A stretch of DNA of 64,000 nucleotides. It comes from Octopus sinensis. Taxonomy: Eukaryota. Of this stretch, positions 63,498-64,000 are shown piece after piece; position 1 is the first letter of the stretch, and every line of letters begins with the position of its first letter. The translations under genes were made by a program, and so were the position numbers. The stretch is from positions 163,742,001-163,806,000 of the forward strand of contig NC_043000.1 of the NCBI RefSeq assembly GCF_006345805.1. The letters run 5' to 3'. The notes under the pieces were generated by a model. That model saw only the letters and a program-made list of their open reading frames with translations. It did not search any database and was not told the DNA's origin.

Positions 63498-64000
63498 AGC
63501 TACTTCCGTATGGACACCGATATATATCGACAAGAGGACGGTTTAGCTATGGGCTCGCCATTATCACCGATATTAGCCAATATATATATGGAATACTTTG
63601 AGAATTTGGCTTTAGGATCAACACCACTAAAACCAACCGTATGGCTGCGATATGTTGATGACACCTTTATACCCTGGCCCCACCAGGAAGATGTCCAAGT
63701 GCTGTTAGATCATGTGAACTCAATAAAGCCATCCATACAGTTCACAATGGAAAAGGAAAAAGACAATTAGCTAGCATTCCTGGACGTATTAATAACACGC
63801 ACCAAGTATGGATTCAGGACATCCGTATACCGCAAGCCGATCTTCAATGGACAATACCGCAACTTCAATTCCTACTATCCATACAGTATAAAGCGAGGGA
63901 TTGATCAGTGCCTAGAACATCGAGCAAATAATATAAGTAGCGATCGTGATACACACCACGAAGAAATGATCAAGCTCAATAACAATCTATTAAGCAACAA
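63498..64000 (+). mobile_element. Penelope-like element reverse transcriptase fragment (5'-truncated, one in-frame stop, runs off the right edge)
   Basis: SYFRMDTDIYRQEDGLAMGSPLSPILANIYMEYFE...WLRYVDD (63651-63662) TF...IQFTMEKEKDN*LAFLDVLITR...TSVYRKP. Confidence 0.93.

Overview
AT-rich, repeat-saturated animal genomic DNA with no recognisable host protein-coding gene. The SINE types and microsatellite spectrum suggest a cephalopod, most likely Octopus (inference, not database-checked). Nearly all ORFs in the supplied track are translated microsatellites. Recognisable coding remnants are all transposon-derived: three clear R4/Dong-type RLE LINE copies (1-1545, 52727-54984, 55068-56321), a 2.7-kb CR1-type LINE embedded in (TACA)n (39746-42416), Penelope-like element (PLE) fragments (16690-16905, 44975-45660, 63498-64000), two DD37D/maT-like Tc1-mariner fragments and an internally deleted Tigger/pogo. 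There are also several MITE/foldback elements, a Helentron-associated (HINE-like) element and about 20 tRNA-derived SINE copies of at least three families. Two signals stand out. (1) Four different type I minimal hammerhead-ribozyme motifs; one sits in a cassette of tRNA-like Pol III head + (AAT)n + hammerhead, inverted against a PLE reverse transcriptase. (2) Microsatellite-guided nesting, in which the (ATT)n tails of SINEs appear to be landing pads for Dong LINEs, with an inverted (AAT)n tract at one 5' junction. All alignments were done by eye, and boundaries of decayed repeats are approximate.
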